From positions 62,001 to 126,000 of the forward strand of contig MCFE01000097.1 of NCBI GenBank assembly GCA_002104905.1: 64,000 bases of DNA, in the 5' to 3' direction. A program made the position numbers and the translations under genes. This DNA is from Basidiobolus meristosporus CBS 931.73. Its lineage: Eukaryota > Fungi > Basidiobolomycota. Below, piece after piece: positions 25,869 to 37,808 of this stretch. The notes below the pieces were generated by a model that was not told the origin of the DNA, made no database searches, and was given only the letters and a program-made list of their open reading frames with translations. Every line of letters starts with the position of its first letter. Position 1 is the stretch's first letter.

Positions 25869-28126
25869 GCCTGATAAGCACTGCATCGGCACAATGTCGG
25901 GTACTAGGATTACTGAAAATACCTCCGTTCCGAATACATGTACTATACAACTGGCAATCGCTGCTACGAGCTCCATACCGTTAACTTATTTCCGTCCAGA
26001 GCCCACCCCCTTCATTCCAAGCCTTCGTTCATATATATATATATAGTCAACCTTTTAATCCATTGTATATTACTTGGAGAATTTTGATCCATACCATGCG
26101 AATAAATGACAGTGCAAATGACACTGATATCGGTTTCGCAATGTTTGGCTGTAATGCTTAGTCTTCCTTGCTTGTCTTACAGAAATAGGGGTAGTGTGGT
26201 GAGTAAAAATGCAAAACGATACCCTTGGTCGTAAGCAACAGTATGCATCTGCAGTTCGGTCCCGCTTACCACTTGGGTCACGCGATTGGCACGAAATTGC
26301 CTCAAAGGGCCATGGCAAGTATCGAAACACTCAATACATTGTCCAACCTACTACCCCAGAAGTTCGATTAATCAGCGTGTACTGCAATCCATGATTGAGG
26401 CAAAGGATATCTAGGTTTCCAAGTGCTGGCGGCAGGATTTTTGGCTACTTCGGCCTATTGCTACATGGCAGATTGGGATTGATAGCAACCTTTGTCCTCA
26501 AAGGTTTCTGTGTTTTGGCAGGCCGACTTCTCGAAACTGTGAATAAAGCCATCAGAACCAATATTCCCACTTGAATTGCTGTAGATGGTACCATTCTGCA
26601 AGCTGGAGGATATAAAACTATCAAGATAGGTAGTGTGTATAGCGAACATACATGCATGTACATCAGATACATATCAAAGGGGTGCACAGGGGGAACCATT
26701 CCTGGAGTACCTTTGTTTATAACCTTCAGTCTCCAGCTGCCTAAGCATAAGTTGCAAAATAGGAGTTCAGGTATTAGTTATCTATGTATCGTATTTTGTT
26801 TGCTAAATAGCACATCTGATAATCTTACAGATTGGTGAAGATTGCCCAGAAGATCCTAGGATTTCCACGACTATATTTGATTGCTCCAGCTGTGTTTGCA
26901 AGCATCATAATCATACATAGGATCAATAATGCGACAATAGAGTGCATTCCAAAATTCTGGGACTCTTTAAAAAACATGCTCAGAGTTAATTTCAAGCTGC
27001 TCATCCTAATCGTGAGGTCACTAGTCACGAGGCTAATCATTCCCTTCAGGTAATTGTAGCAGCAACGCTAATCTGTGTAGAAGATTGCACGGTCAAATAC
27101 CTAGCTCCATGCGCACCATGGAATTTGTGCAGGAAAACCCAATTACTCAACGAGATTATCAAGATTATCCCACTGATTTTAATATTCATCTGCATTCTTC
27201 AAACCCATTTATCTATTTCTTCCCACCAAGTGGTTTCTTAGCACAGTCTCAACTACAAGAGAATGGTAATCCTACTACCACAATCTTCTATGCTAATATT
27301 GACACCAACATGAAGCTTTGATAGGATGGTTACGCTGAAGCACTTCAGGTCAGTTGGTTATCAGTTTTCCCAGAGGTTTCCACATTATTCAACTTAGAGA
27401 TAATAATGTTGCATAAATTATTATTCAAATGATACGTGTCAGTGTAGCATCAACTTCACCAGATGCTACACACTCCAAAAAGGTGGACAAGGCCTTCAGA
27501 TATACAAGGCCATAGTCAAAGCAAATGATGACGCTATAACGGGGTTATGGGAAGGATTTCCGATGCCATGACTGCCAAATATAGGAAATCCACCATGGAT
27601 ACTCATTTTCTGAAGCAGTATTCATTTTAACTGGAGGTATTGACCAGCTTATCAACGTAATGAATTTGTTACGTAGGCGATGATGGATGTTGTGCTGCAT
27701 CCGTCACAAATACTTTGAGGTGGGAAACCAAGCTGTCACAAGCATGTCAGCATTGTGATAGCTCACACACCCGTATACATTCTCATGCACTAATGGGTTA
27801 ACTAAGGTTTGGATATGAAATTGTAGTTGTGCACAATTGAACTGTTAAACGGAGCACATGGTTCGTGTAGTTGATTCAATTCATAAGATTCGTTTCTACA
27901 CAGTTCAACATATTTCAATGTTTATTATGACTCAGAATGATCTCAATAGCAACTTGATCACGCTAATGATATGGTTCTTATTTTGTATCAGCCACAAGCT
28001 TAGTATAAGTTGAGGCCATTTGTTCTATTTAGTACATCAAATTTACTGTCTGGTTGAATATCGACCGAACACTAACTATTCACTGTTACTATCACTTCCA
28101 GTCAGCACGCCAAGCTTCACCATAAA

Positions 28127-29792
28127 ATGTATGCAAAACGTTTACTGACTTGCTTCTTGCTGTCTTTCACTTTGGTCAACGTCTCCGCTCAGGCTCAAAA
28201 CGAAACCAGCTCAAGTGACCTGTTGGACCTACACAAACAACTCGTGGAGATCGAGTCAATCTCCGGAAACGAGGCGAAGGTCGGGGAGTTTCTAGCCTCA
28301 TACCTGCAAAGTCACGGCTGGACTATCGAGCGACAGGAGGTTGAGGGGATCAACGGAGGACCGGCCAGGTTCAACATATTTGCCCACACAGGGAACAAGA
28401 ACCCAAAAGTGATACTGAACAGCCACTTGGACACTGGTACAGTTACTCTCCCCCCCCCTCTCTCTCTCTCCCTCTCTCCCTCTCTCTCCTCTTCCTCTTC
28501 TTCTATCTCTTCACTGTCTCTCCCTCTCCCCCCCACCACTTGTCAACGTGATAAAGGACCGAGTGAGCTGACTGTTTCTTTGACCCACCAGTTCCCCCTT
28601 ATGTTCCGTACAGAGTTGAGGGCGACAAGATCTTTGGACGGGGCACCAACGACGCCAAAGGCTCGATAGCCTCGCAAGTGATTGCACTAGCTGAACTCCA
28701 GAAAGAGTCACCAGATGTGGCCAAGGAGGTTGGGTAAGGCACCTGGAAATATTGTCATGAATCGCACACTGTTGGCAAATATCTAACCGACTGTTGTGCA
28801 GCTTACTATATGTTGTTGGTGAAGAAAATGATTGTTCTGGGATTACCAAGGCGAATGAGGTTAGTATGGCCAATTTTCTTGAGACATTTATCTACAAATT
28901 TATTTAATAGCCATTTATTCTAGTTACCGCTAACTCCAGAAGCATTTATCGTTGGCGAGCCTACCGAAAACAGACTCGCCCTGGGTCATAAAGGCGTTAT
29001 GAATTTCAATGTGATTAGCGAAGGTAGATATAGCAAATGTAATAAGCTGAATACAAATCAGCTAAAAAAGTTGAATCCCTCTAGGTATTGCAGCCCATTC
29101 AGGGTATCCTGAGCTTGGTAGATCGGCCATCACCCAACTGGTCAATGTGGCATCCACTCTCAATAGCATTGTATGGCTCATTCCTGTTGATATCTGCTCC
29201 AGTAATGATCAAGTGTTCACACAACTGTTACGACTCTAGGTATTCCCTGATTCCCACCCAGTCCTTGGGATTGATACCCTGAATATCGGAATGATCCAGG
29301 GAGGTGTAGCTGCAAATGTGGTTCCAGCTTCCGCTAATTTGACGGCCTTCGTAAGAATTGCCACAAATGCCACGAAGGTGTGGGAAACGATCAAAAACAC
29401 TGTCGGAAATCCTCAGGGCATTACATTGAAGTTGAACAATGCAAATGATGGCGTTCTTCTCGACTCAGTTGATGGGTTTGAAACCATGATTGCTAAATAT
29501 GGAACTGGTAAGGGGTTTGCTGAGAGGCAACCATGGGCCATACAACTGATTTCTTAACAATTATCTGCAGATTACGACTGTTACGAAGGAAAGGCCAAGA
29601 GAAAGTTCTTGATCGGTCCAGGTACGCAAGTTCAATGTAACTAGCCTGGGATAGAGTCACTGAACTTGTACATTTCTAGGTTCAATTCTTTTTGCACATG
29701 TACCCCATGAGCATATCTACAAGGAAGATCTCATCAAAGCGGTTAGTCTTTACAAAAAATTGGTTACCCAGGTGTTGAAGCCAAGTGAGTAA
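28127..29792 (+). CDS. Secreted M20-family metallopeptidase/amidohydrolase (ArgE/DapE-like), copy 1
   Basis: Signal peptide, NSHLDT|VPP, GRGTNDAKGS, LLYVVGEE, IVGEPT, GIAAHSGYPELG, NIGMIQGGVAANVVP and GP|GSILFAHVPHE. All five metal/catalytic motifs are present across GT-AG introns. Confidence 0.92.
28446..28545 (+). repeat. CT/polypyrimidine microsatellite in intron 1 of M20 copy 1
   Basis: Almost pure C/T tract inside intron 28437-28591. Confidence 0.95.
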
Positions 29793-30839
29793 ACAAGAGC
29801 AGAGGTATGCTGTTGACATTCTCTATGGGAGCAATGGAACGAAGATTACAAAACATGTACATATGTCATAATTGCACCTGCCACTGGGCATTCACATTTG
29901 AATTTAGCATTGTTTGGTTATCTTCGTGATGGCAATAAATCATCATTTTGACAAGATCTAAACAAAGGAAATATGCGCTGTCTTTGTGATAATACATGAT
30001 TGCCCACCTAAAGTTCTGTCCAGATTCGAAGTGTGTTCCCATATGATACATGACTTCTTGAAGATTAAGTTGATTATCATAACAGCGAGTGCCTTTGGGT
30101 AGTTTCATGTCACTAGAGATTCAGGCATGGGCAACAACTGCCAAATGCATAGCCTCATTTTTACCATTGCAAAACGTCCTGAAGTTTCAGGATAGCTGTT
30201 TGCAAACCAGAACCTGTTTCTGAGTTTGGATTATAATCCTGCCACACCAAACTTCAAAATATTGTATTTCAGAAGCTTTCTTGATATTGGTGCATCAAAT
30301 CAGTATGATAAGAGCTTGACTATTTATCTTTTATCTGACTCTTACAATACCCGATAATCTTCAACTGAGATTGGCCCGAGTTTTGGGAAATCAATAATAA
30401 CCATAGACTAAACACCCACCGCAGATAGTCAGCTTCTGGATTGAAATGCCTCTTGCGCAAATTTAATCAGTATTTTTACTTTCATGAAGTGATTGCTACA
30501 TGATCTCATGAGAAATAGACCTTAAGTTGGTGTTGAGACGGCTCGAGCGTACTATTAGTCGGCGGCATTCGTATGCCATATATGAAGATTGGTAGAGTTG
30601 AATCAGTTCTGATGTAATCGATGATCGCTTGATTCTCCCACAGTGCAGCATAATGCAATAATATACTGTGACTCGGTGGGAATCCGACACAGACAACCTC
30701 ATTTCATTAACTATGAGGTGCTCGCCCTTAGTGTGCGAGCCTAAAGCTTAGTATAAGTTGAGGTCGTTTGTCCTATTCAGTGTATCACATCTATCACTAT
30801 AATCAAATACAGCAAGCACACCTAACCCACCATCATACG

Positions 30840-32592
30840 ATGTATACAAAACGTTTACTGACTTGCTTCTTGCTGTCTTTCACTTTGGTCAACGTCTCCA
30901 CTCAGGCTCAAAACGAAACCAGCTCAAGTGACCTGTTGGACCTACACAAACAACTCGTGGAGATCGAGTCAATCTCTGGAAACGAGGCGAAGGTCGGGGA
31001 GTTTCTAGCCTCATACCTGCAAAGTCACGGCTGGACTATCGAGCGACAGGAGGTTGAGGGGATCAACGGAGGACCGGCCAGGTTCAACATATTTGCCCAC
31101 ACAGGGAACAAGAACCCAAAAGTGATACTGAACAGCCACTTGGACACTGGTACAGTTACTCTCCCCCCCCTCTCTCTCTCTCCCTCTCTCTCCCTCTCTC
31201 TCCCTCTCTCTCCCTCTCTCTCCCTCTCTCTCCCTCTCTCTCCCTCTCTCTCCTCTTCCTCTTCTTCCATCTCTTCGCAGTCTCTCCCTCTCCCCCCCAC
31301 CACTTGTCAACGTGATAAAGGACCGAGTGAGCTGACTGTTTTTTTGACCCACCAGTTCCCCCTTATGTTCCGTACAGAGTTGAGGGCGACAAGATCTTTG
31401 GACGGGGCACCAACGACGCCAAAGGCTCGATAGCCTCGCAAGTGATTGCACTAGCTGAACTCCAGAAAGAGTCACCAGATGTGGCCAAGGAGGTTGGGTA
31501 AGGCACCTGGAAATATTGTCATGAATCGCACACTGTTGGCAAATATCTAACCGACTTTTGTGCAGCTTACTGTACGTCGTCAGTGAAGAGAGTGGGTGTT
31601 CTGGGATTACCAAAGCGAACGAGGTTTGTAGAACATAGTGCATGGCTGCAGTGAATCCTCGAAATACTCATTGCGATTGTATATACACACTTTAGTTATC
31701 TATAACTCCAAAAGCATTTATCATTGGTGAGCCCACCGAAAATAAGCTCGCCCTGGGTCATAAAGGAGCTCTCAAGTTTTCCGTAAACAGTGAGGGTAGA
31801 AAAACAAATGAAGCATGCAAAATACAGATTGGTTCACTAAATTCAAACTTCAGGTATTGCAGCCCACTCAGGGTATCCCGAGCTTGGCAGATCGGCCATC
31901 ACCCAACTGGTCAATGTGGCATCCACTCTCAATAGCATTGTATGGCTCACTCCTATTGACCTCTGCTCCGGTGATGACCAAGTGCTAAAGTGCCTGTTAC
32001 AACTCTAGGTATTCCCTGATTCCCACCCAGTTCTTGGGGTTGATACCCTGAATATTGGTTTGATTCAAGGCGGCATCGCTGCAAACGTGGTCCCAGCCTC
32101 TGCCAACCTAACAGTCGCTGTAAGAATTGCCACCAACGCCACGAAAGTATGGGAGACGATCAAGAGCATTGTCGGGAATCCTCAAGGCATCACATTAGAA
32201 CTGGGTGGTGCGAGGGACGGGATACTTCTTGACTCTGTTGATGGGTTCGAAACGATGGTCGCCAAATATGGAACCGGTAAGGACTCGTTGTTTACCACTT
32301 TGCTGGCCAATCAGCTGACGCTCCTCCTTTCACCCTTTCTCCCTCAACCCTACCAACAGACTATCTCTGTTACAATGGAAAAGCAAAGAAGAAATACTTG
32401 ATTGGACCCGGTATTGAAGTGATCTGATGCAACTGGCGCGGGACACGAGTAACTGAACATATGCACTTTTTAGGCTCCATTCTTGTTGCACACACCCCGA
32501 ATGAATACATCCTGAAGGAGGATCTTACCAAAGCAGTCGGTCTTTACAAAAAGCTGGTCACTCAAGTCTTGAACACTAGTCAACGGTCATGA
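30840..32592 (+). CDS. Secreted M20-family metallopeptidase, copy 2
   Basis: Same exon structure as copy 1. LLYVVSEESG, IIGEPT, GSILVAHTPNE, ends LNTSQRS*. Confidence 0.92.
31161..31300 (+). repeat. CT tract with 7 perfect tandem TCCCTCTCTC units (31181-31250) in intron 1 of M20 copy 2
   Basis: Counted directly; intron 31150-31355. Confidence 0.95.
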
Positions 32593-33783
32593 ACAGACCA
32601 ATATACCTGCAACGCCCTCGTCAGATATATTAGTATTTAGGAGAGAGTTCAAGACCAAGTAAAGGTCCTATGCATTACTGAAGATGAAGCATTCATATTT
32701 TGATTTCAGACTGCGTTAGGGTGTACATGATTGCAATCAATTATGACCTGAATCTAATCTCAAATAAGAATTCCCTGAAAAAACCATTCAAAATCAAACC
32801 TTGAAATCCTGTACTCACTTCTGCAAGGACGATTGCTTTTCTCATTCTTGAGCCCTGTTGCATATATTATGCTTTCACAACTAGCTATTTTATTGGAAAT
32901 CAGTTTCGCATGATACCTCTCGGGATTTTCAAACTATTGAAAAAATGGAAAATATCGAAGTTCCCCAGAGTCCGTAACACATTCCTATCTTTAACTGTAT
33001 GCGTGTAAGGACACTCTATTTTCGGCTCCATTAACCCACAACACTTTTCTTCATACGTTATACTCACTTGCAAGTGTCAATCCCTACTAACTTGAATCTC
33101 AAAAAGCTGAAATTCAAATCCTGTGACAAATGTTGCGCTAATGATGCAATACAATCCACGTATAAGCCCCTGGCTGCTTGGGCGACTTCGACTATCAAAA
33201 TCTAATCCAATACCTTATCACATTCTGGGAATTGTGACGAGTGCGACAGGTGTGTAACTGACCCAAGATGTCTCGGAATCGACTATTGGTGGCTAATTTG
33301 GTAGAAGAACGACCTTCCATTGAGCCTTTTAAACTGACTTGTGTTAAAAACCGAATGATGAGTTACATACGTTATTGTTTCAAGTTCTATCAGGTGAAGA
33401 AACAGGACCACTCAAGATCAGCATGTCAGCGTCCCAAAACACATAAAATATAATGATGGCCCTTTTGGTCAATACTGCAATTGGTGTTAATGCATTAACA
33501 GAAAGACTCAAACAAAACTAGTCTTAGAAATATCGGTAATAAACTTTATTTCACACAGCTGTACATTTCGATATCGAATTGGTGATTAAAGCGCAATGGG
33601 CTTTATTTCATCTACTATGAGGTTCTTTTGTTGTGTGAAGTCAAAGATTTGTATAAGTTGAGACCATTTCACATTTGAAATACAACAAATCTACTATCTA
33701 GTGAACAATCAACCCAACACTCGCTATACCTATTCCACTACCACGAACACTTACAGTCTGCATACCTGGCGCAACCCCATACG

Positions 33784-35441
33784 ATGCATGCAAAACGTTT
33801 ACTGACTTGCTTCTTGCTGTCTTTCACTTTGGTCAACGAAACCAGCTCAAGTGACCTGTTGGACCTACACAAACAACTCGTGGAGATCGAGTCAATCTCC
33901 GGAAACGAGGCGAAGGTCGGGGAGTTTCTAGCCTCATACCTGCAAAGTCACGGCTGGACTATCGAGCGACAGGAGGTTGAGGGGATCAACGGAGGACCGG
34001 CCAGGTTCAACATATTTGCCCACACAGGGAACAAGAACCCAAAAGTGATACTGAACAGCCACTTGGACACTGGTACAGTTACTCTCCCCCCCCTCTCTCT
34101 CTCCCTCTCTCCTTTTCCTCTTCTTCTATCTCTTCGCTGTCTCTCCCTCTCTCCCCCCCCACCACTTGTCAACGTGATAAAGGACCGAGTGAGCTGACTG
34201 TTTCTTTGACCCACCAGTTCCCCCTTATGTTCCGTACAGAGTTGAGGGCGACAAGATCTTTGGACGGGGCACCAACGACGCCAAAGGCTCGATAGCCTCG
34301 CAAGTGATTGCACTAGCTGAACTCCAGAAAGAGTCACCAGATGTGGCCAAGGAGGTTGGGTAAGGCACCTGGAAATATTGTCATGAATCGCACACTGTTG
34401 GCAAATATCTAACCGACTTTTGTGCAGCTTACTGTACGTCGTCAGCGAAGAAAACGGCTTCCTTGGGATTACCAAAGCGAATGAGGTCAGTAGAACGGGC
34501 TACATTGATGTAAACATCAATAAGTCTGCTTATAAAACTTAATTCTTAGCTACCTTTGACCCCAGAAGCATTTATCATTGGTGAGCCCACCGAAAATAAG
34601 CTCGCCCTTGGTCATAAAGGAGCTCTGAAGTTCTATGTGATCAGTGAAGGTTGACATGAATAGTATGATATATGAAATGTCAGTCAACCGGTTAATCCCG
34701 TACACTAGGTATCGCAGCCCACTCAGGGTATCCCGAGCTTGGCAGATCGGCCATCACCCAACTGGTCAATGTGGCATCCACTCTCAATAGCATTGTATGG
34801 CTCACTCCTATTGACCTCTGCTCCGGCGATGACCAAGTGCTAAAGTGCCTGTTACAACTCTAGGTATTCCCTGATTCCCACCCAGTTCTTGGGGTTGATA
34901 CCCTGAATATTGGTTTGATTCAAGGCGGCATCGCTGCAAACGTGGTCCCAGCCTCTGCCAACCTAACAGTCGCTGTAAGAATTGCCACCAACGCCACGAA
35001 AGTATGGGAGACGATCAAGAGCATTGTTGGGAATCCTCAAGGCATCACATTAGAACTGGGTGGTGCGAAGGACGGGATACTTCTTGACTCTGTTGATGGG
35101 TTCGAAACGATGGTCGCCAAATATGGAACCGGTAAGGACTCGTTGTTTACCACTTTGCTGGCCAATCAGCTGACACTCCTCCCTTCACCCTTTCTCCCTC
35201 AACCCTACCAACAGACTATCTCTGTTACAATGGAAAAGCAAAGAAGAAATACTTGATTGGACCCGGTATTGAAGTGATCTGATGCAACTGGCGCGGGACA
35301 CGAGTAACTGAACATATGCATTTTTTAGGCTCCATTCTTGTTGCACACACCCCGAATGAATACATCCTGAAGGAGGATCTTACCAAAGCAGTCGGTCTTT
35401 ACAAAAAGCTGGTCACTCAAGTCTTGAACACTAGTCAATAA
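33784..35441 (+). CDS. M20-family metallopeptidase, copy 3 (21-nt deletion in the signal-peptide cleavage region)
   Basis: Same exon structure. LLYVVSEENG, IIGEPT, GSILVAHTPNE, ends LNTSQ*. Confidence 0.9.
34082..34160 (+). repeat. CT/polypyrimidine microsatellite in intron 1 of M20 copy 3
   Basis: Shorter C/T tract inside intron 34073-34217. Confidence 0.95.
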
Positions 35442-35829
35442 TCATGAACCAGGAGGATGTGCCAGTAACATCCCTCGTGGCATACATCAATGTCTAAGAG
35501 TGGTTATGAGTGTTTGTAGGTGCCAATTATCGTTGTAAACGAAGCATACACATTTTGATTTTATATTGTTCAAACGCATTCACAACAATAAATACGATAC
35601 TGCCGTTGCACCTTCACTTATCTTTTTTCATAATGGTGGCAATATATTTTCAAACAAGGCTTAAACTATCACGCTTTCGAAAATGCAGTAGACGAGGCTT
35701 TCAAAGCTATTATTACATGTACTAAAAGGATGGATGGCAAGGGATAAACCGAAGGATGGGCTGATTGTAATTGTTTATTAAATCAAACCATTGATTTAGA
35801 TGTTGTTAATCAGAGAGCAGATGAGACTC

Positions 35830-36261
35830 TTAAGCTCTCTTGGCAACTTGAGAGCTGATACGGTCGAGATCACGTTGACCGTCGACAGTAAGCTTACGGC
35901 CACCAGTAGCATTTTGCTCGACAATACCGAGCTTCTCAAGAGCTTGGAGAGCCTTACGGTTGACGGAACCAGAGCCATCAGCGTGGTGAGAAGGCTTGGT
36001 TCCGCGGTTCTTACGACCGCCATGAAGGCGTCTCAAGTGACCGACACCAACACTCTTGTGGAGGTAGACGTGACGGGCAATTGAGGCAGCTCTAACATAG
36101 AACCAGTCTTGGTTGTAGGGACCCAATTCCTTGTAGGTAGCGGTCTTAGCCAAATCAACCCACTTGGGGATTTCAAGCTTACCACTACGCTTCAAGTGAG
36201 CAGCGTAGGCCTTAATGAACTCGTGAGCGTTGACGTCCTTAACGGTGATGCCACCAGCCAT
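35830..36261 (-). CDS. RPS19: 40S ribosomal protein S19 (eS19)
   Basis: [10 protein letters not shown]...[17 protein letters not shown]...[23 protein letters not shown]...[16 protein letters not shown] 5'-UTR intron (36262-36384, GTCAGT..CTAG) ends immediately before the ATG. Confidence 0.97.
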   Translation of the reverse strand: MAGGITVKDVNAHEFIKAYAAHLKRSGKLEIPKWVDLAKTATYKELGPYNQDWFYVRAASIARHVYLHKSVGVGHLRRLHGGRKNRGTKPSHHADGSGSVNRKALQALEKLGIVEQNATGGRKLTVDGQRDLDRISSQVAKRA

Positions 36262-37808
36262 CTAGAAGTATGAAAACGAGCCGGTTAATATCAATGCATA
36301 TCAACGGGTTTCTTGAAGGATGCATGAACTCATCGTCAGAGAGATCATAATGCATCCGTCGAGCAATAAATTCGGTTCACTGACCTTAATGTAGTCCTTG
36401 TAAGGGGAAAGAGAATGACCAGATTATCAAGATACACTCCTTATACTTCGGGGGAAAATTTTCCTTCTCTAGAATTGATTGGTTTCGATTGATACAGTCA
36501 CGTGCCCGTAAAAAAGGATTCATGATAATAATATGCTAGCGAACGAATGAATGTTCCTGGTAACTGGCTATACTGGCGATGATCCATTTTTCATATAATT
36601 CTTGAGGACTGGTTTCTTTTAATTACGAAGATCATGGTGGCCACTCAAATGTGTGTATAATGTGTAAAAGGCAGGAATTTGCTAGTTAAATTGTTGACTC
36701 TTCAGCAGATGAATTTAAACATTGAAGTGCTGTTTACAACATCAACTGCTTAAAAAGGCAGCCTTTCTTTGCCATTGATGCCACTTTTTTATCGGCAGCC
36801 ATGCACTTTCTCGTAATATTCACTCCCTAAACAGCTTCATTAACATGAAAGTTGCGCAATTAGGGGACTAAAAAAATGCCCTGTGTACAAATATATACAT
36901 TTTGTGTTTGAATATTCACTTTGTTCATTGGCCAGCGAGTTTACCCGCCATCAGAAAATACAAGAATCTACTGGGGATTGGAAGAAATTCGATCCCTGTA
37001 TTTTCAATTTTCATTTGAGCCGGAATGAAAAATAGATAATTTGTACGGATTTTGGAAGTCATTGACCAGACATTAGACATCTGAAAGGTTGACATCAATT
37101 GGTTTTGCCCATTTTATATCCACAAGTGACTACTGCCTGGGCAGGTAATCATATCTCAATTTTTTTGTTGCTTGAGAGTACTAATGAGTCTACAAACGAA
37201 AAATACATACGTATCGAGCTTGCTATCAACATCAAAGCGATGCATATTTCTAATAATGATTGAACAGAATTTCATATCTTGAAGTGGCATGTACGTGACT
37301 TCCACTGTATTTCAGATGTCCAGACTTCAAATTATACTGCCCATCGAACTTTTGGTTTGCTCCAAATTTATTGGATGCGTGAAGCACAGTACTGCTAATC
37401 ATCAATTGTAGGGAGAAGCGACCGGGAGTGAAAACGCTGTCTTGTGAGGAATTATTCTATATAGAGCAATACTCGGGATCAAGTATGCGTTCATCTAGTA
37501 CTCTAAATGTCAAAGTAATACATAAATAGCCAAATTGAAGCACAAAGTGATTGAAGAGAAAGCTTTTGCATTAGCGTTAGAGTAAACTTAGACGGGGGCA
37601 AAGGTATTAGAGAATGCGAAATTTCTGACGTACGAGATGGGTGTTCTCAAGAGCACTTGAATTGTGGGGTGAAATGTGTGTGGACAAAGAGTTCTCCAAT
37701 AGGGTATTACTTGTATCATCCTGCTACAACATATATATCCTGAAGTGGTAAAGAATAGTGTACTACATTCCAGAGTTTCTTTAGAGAGGTTGCGGAAAGG
37801 AACCCCAT

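Noticed and set aside
26050-27400. Intron-like signals and short ORFs between the cyclin and the M20 cluster
   Set aside because: I could not build a stop-free spliced model or assign a family. It may be a pseudogene.
28312-34475. Minus-strand ORFs rich in GERERE (28312-28539, 28511-28873, 31011-31643, 31025-31303, 33948-34475) and the S/L-rich tails of the plus-strand ORFs
   Set aside because: These are read-through of the intronic CT microsatellite and antisense shadows of the M20 exons.
35796-36084. ORFs 35800-36084 (+) and 35796-36023 (-) overlapping RPS19
   Set aside because: Shadow frames produced by the strong codon bias of a highly expressed gene.
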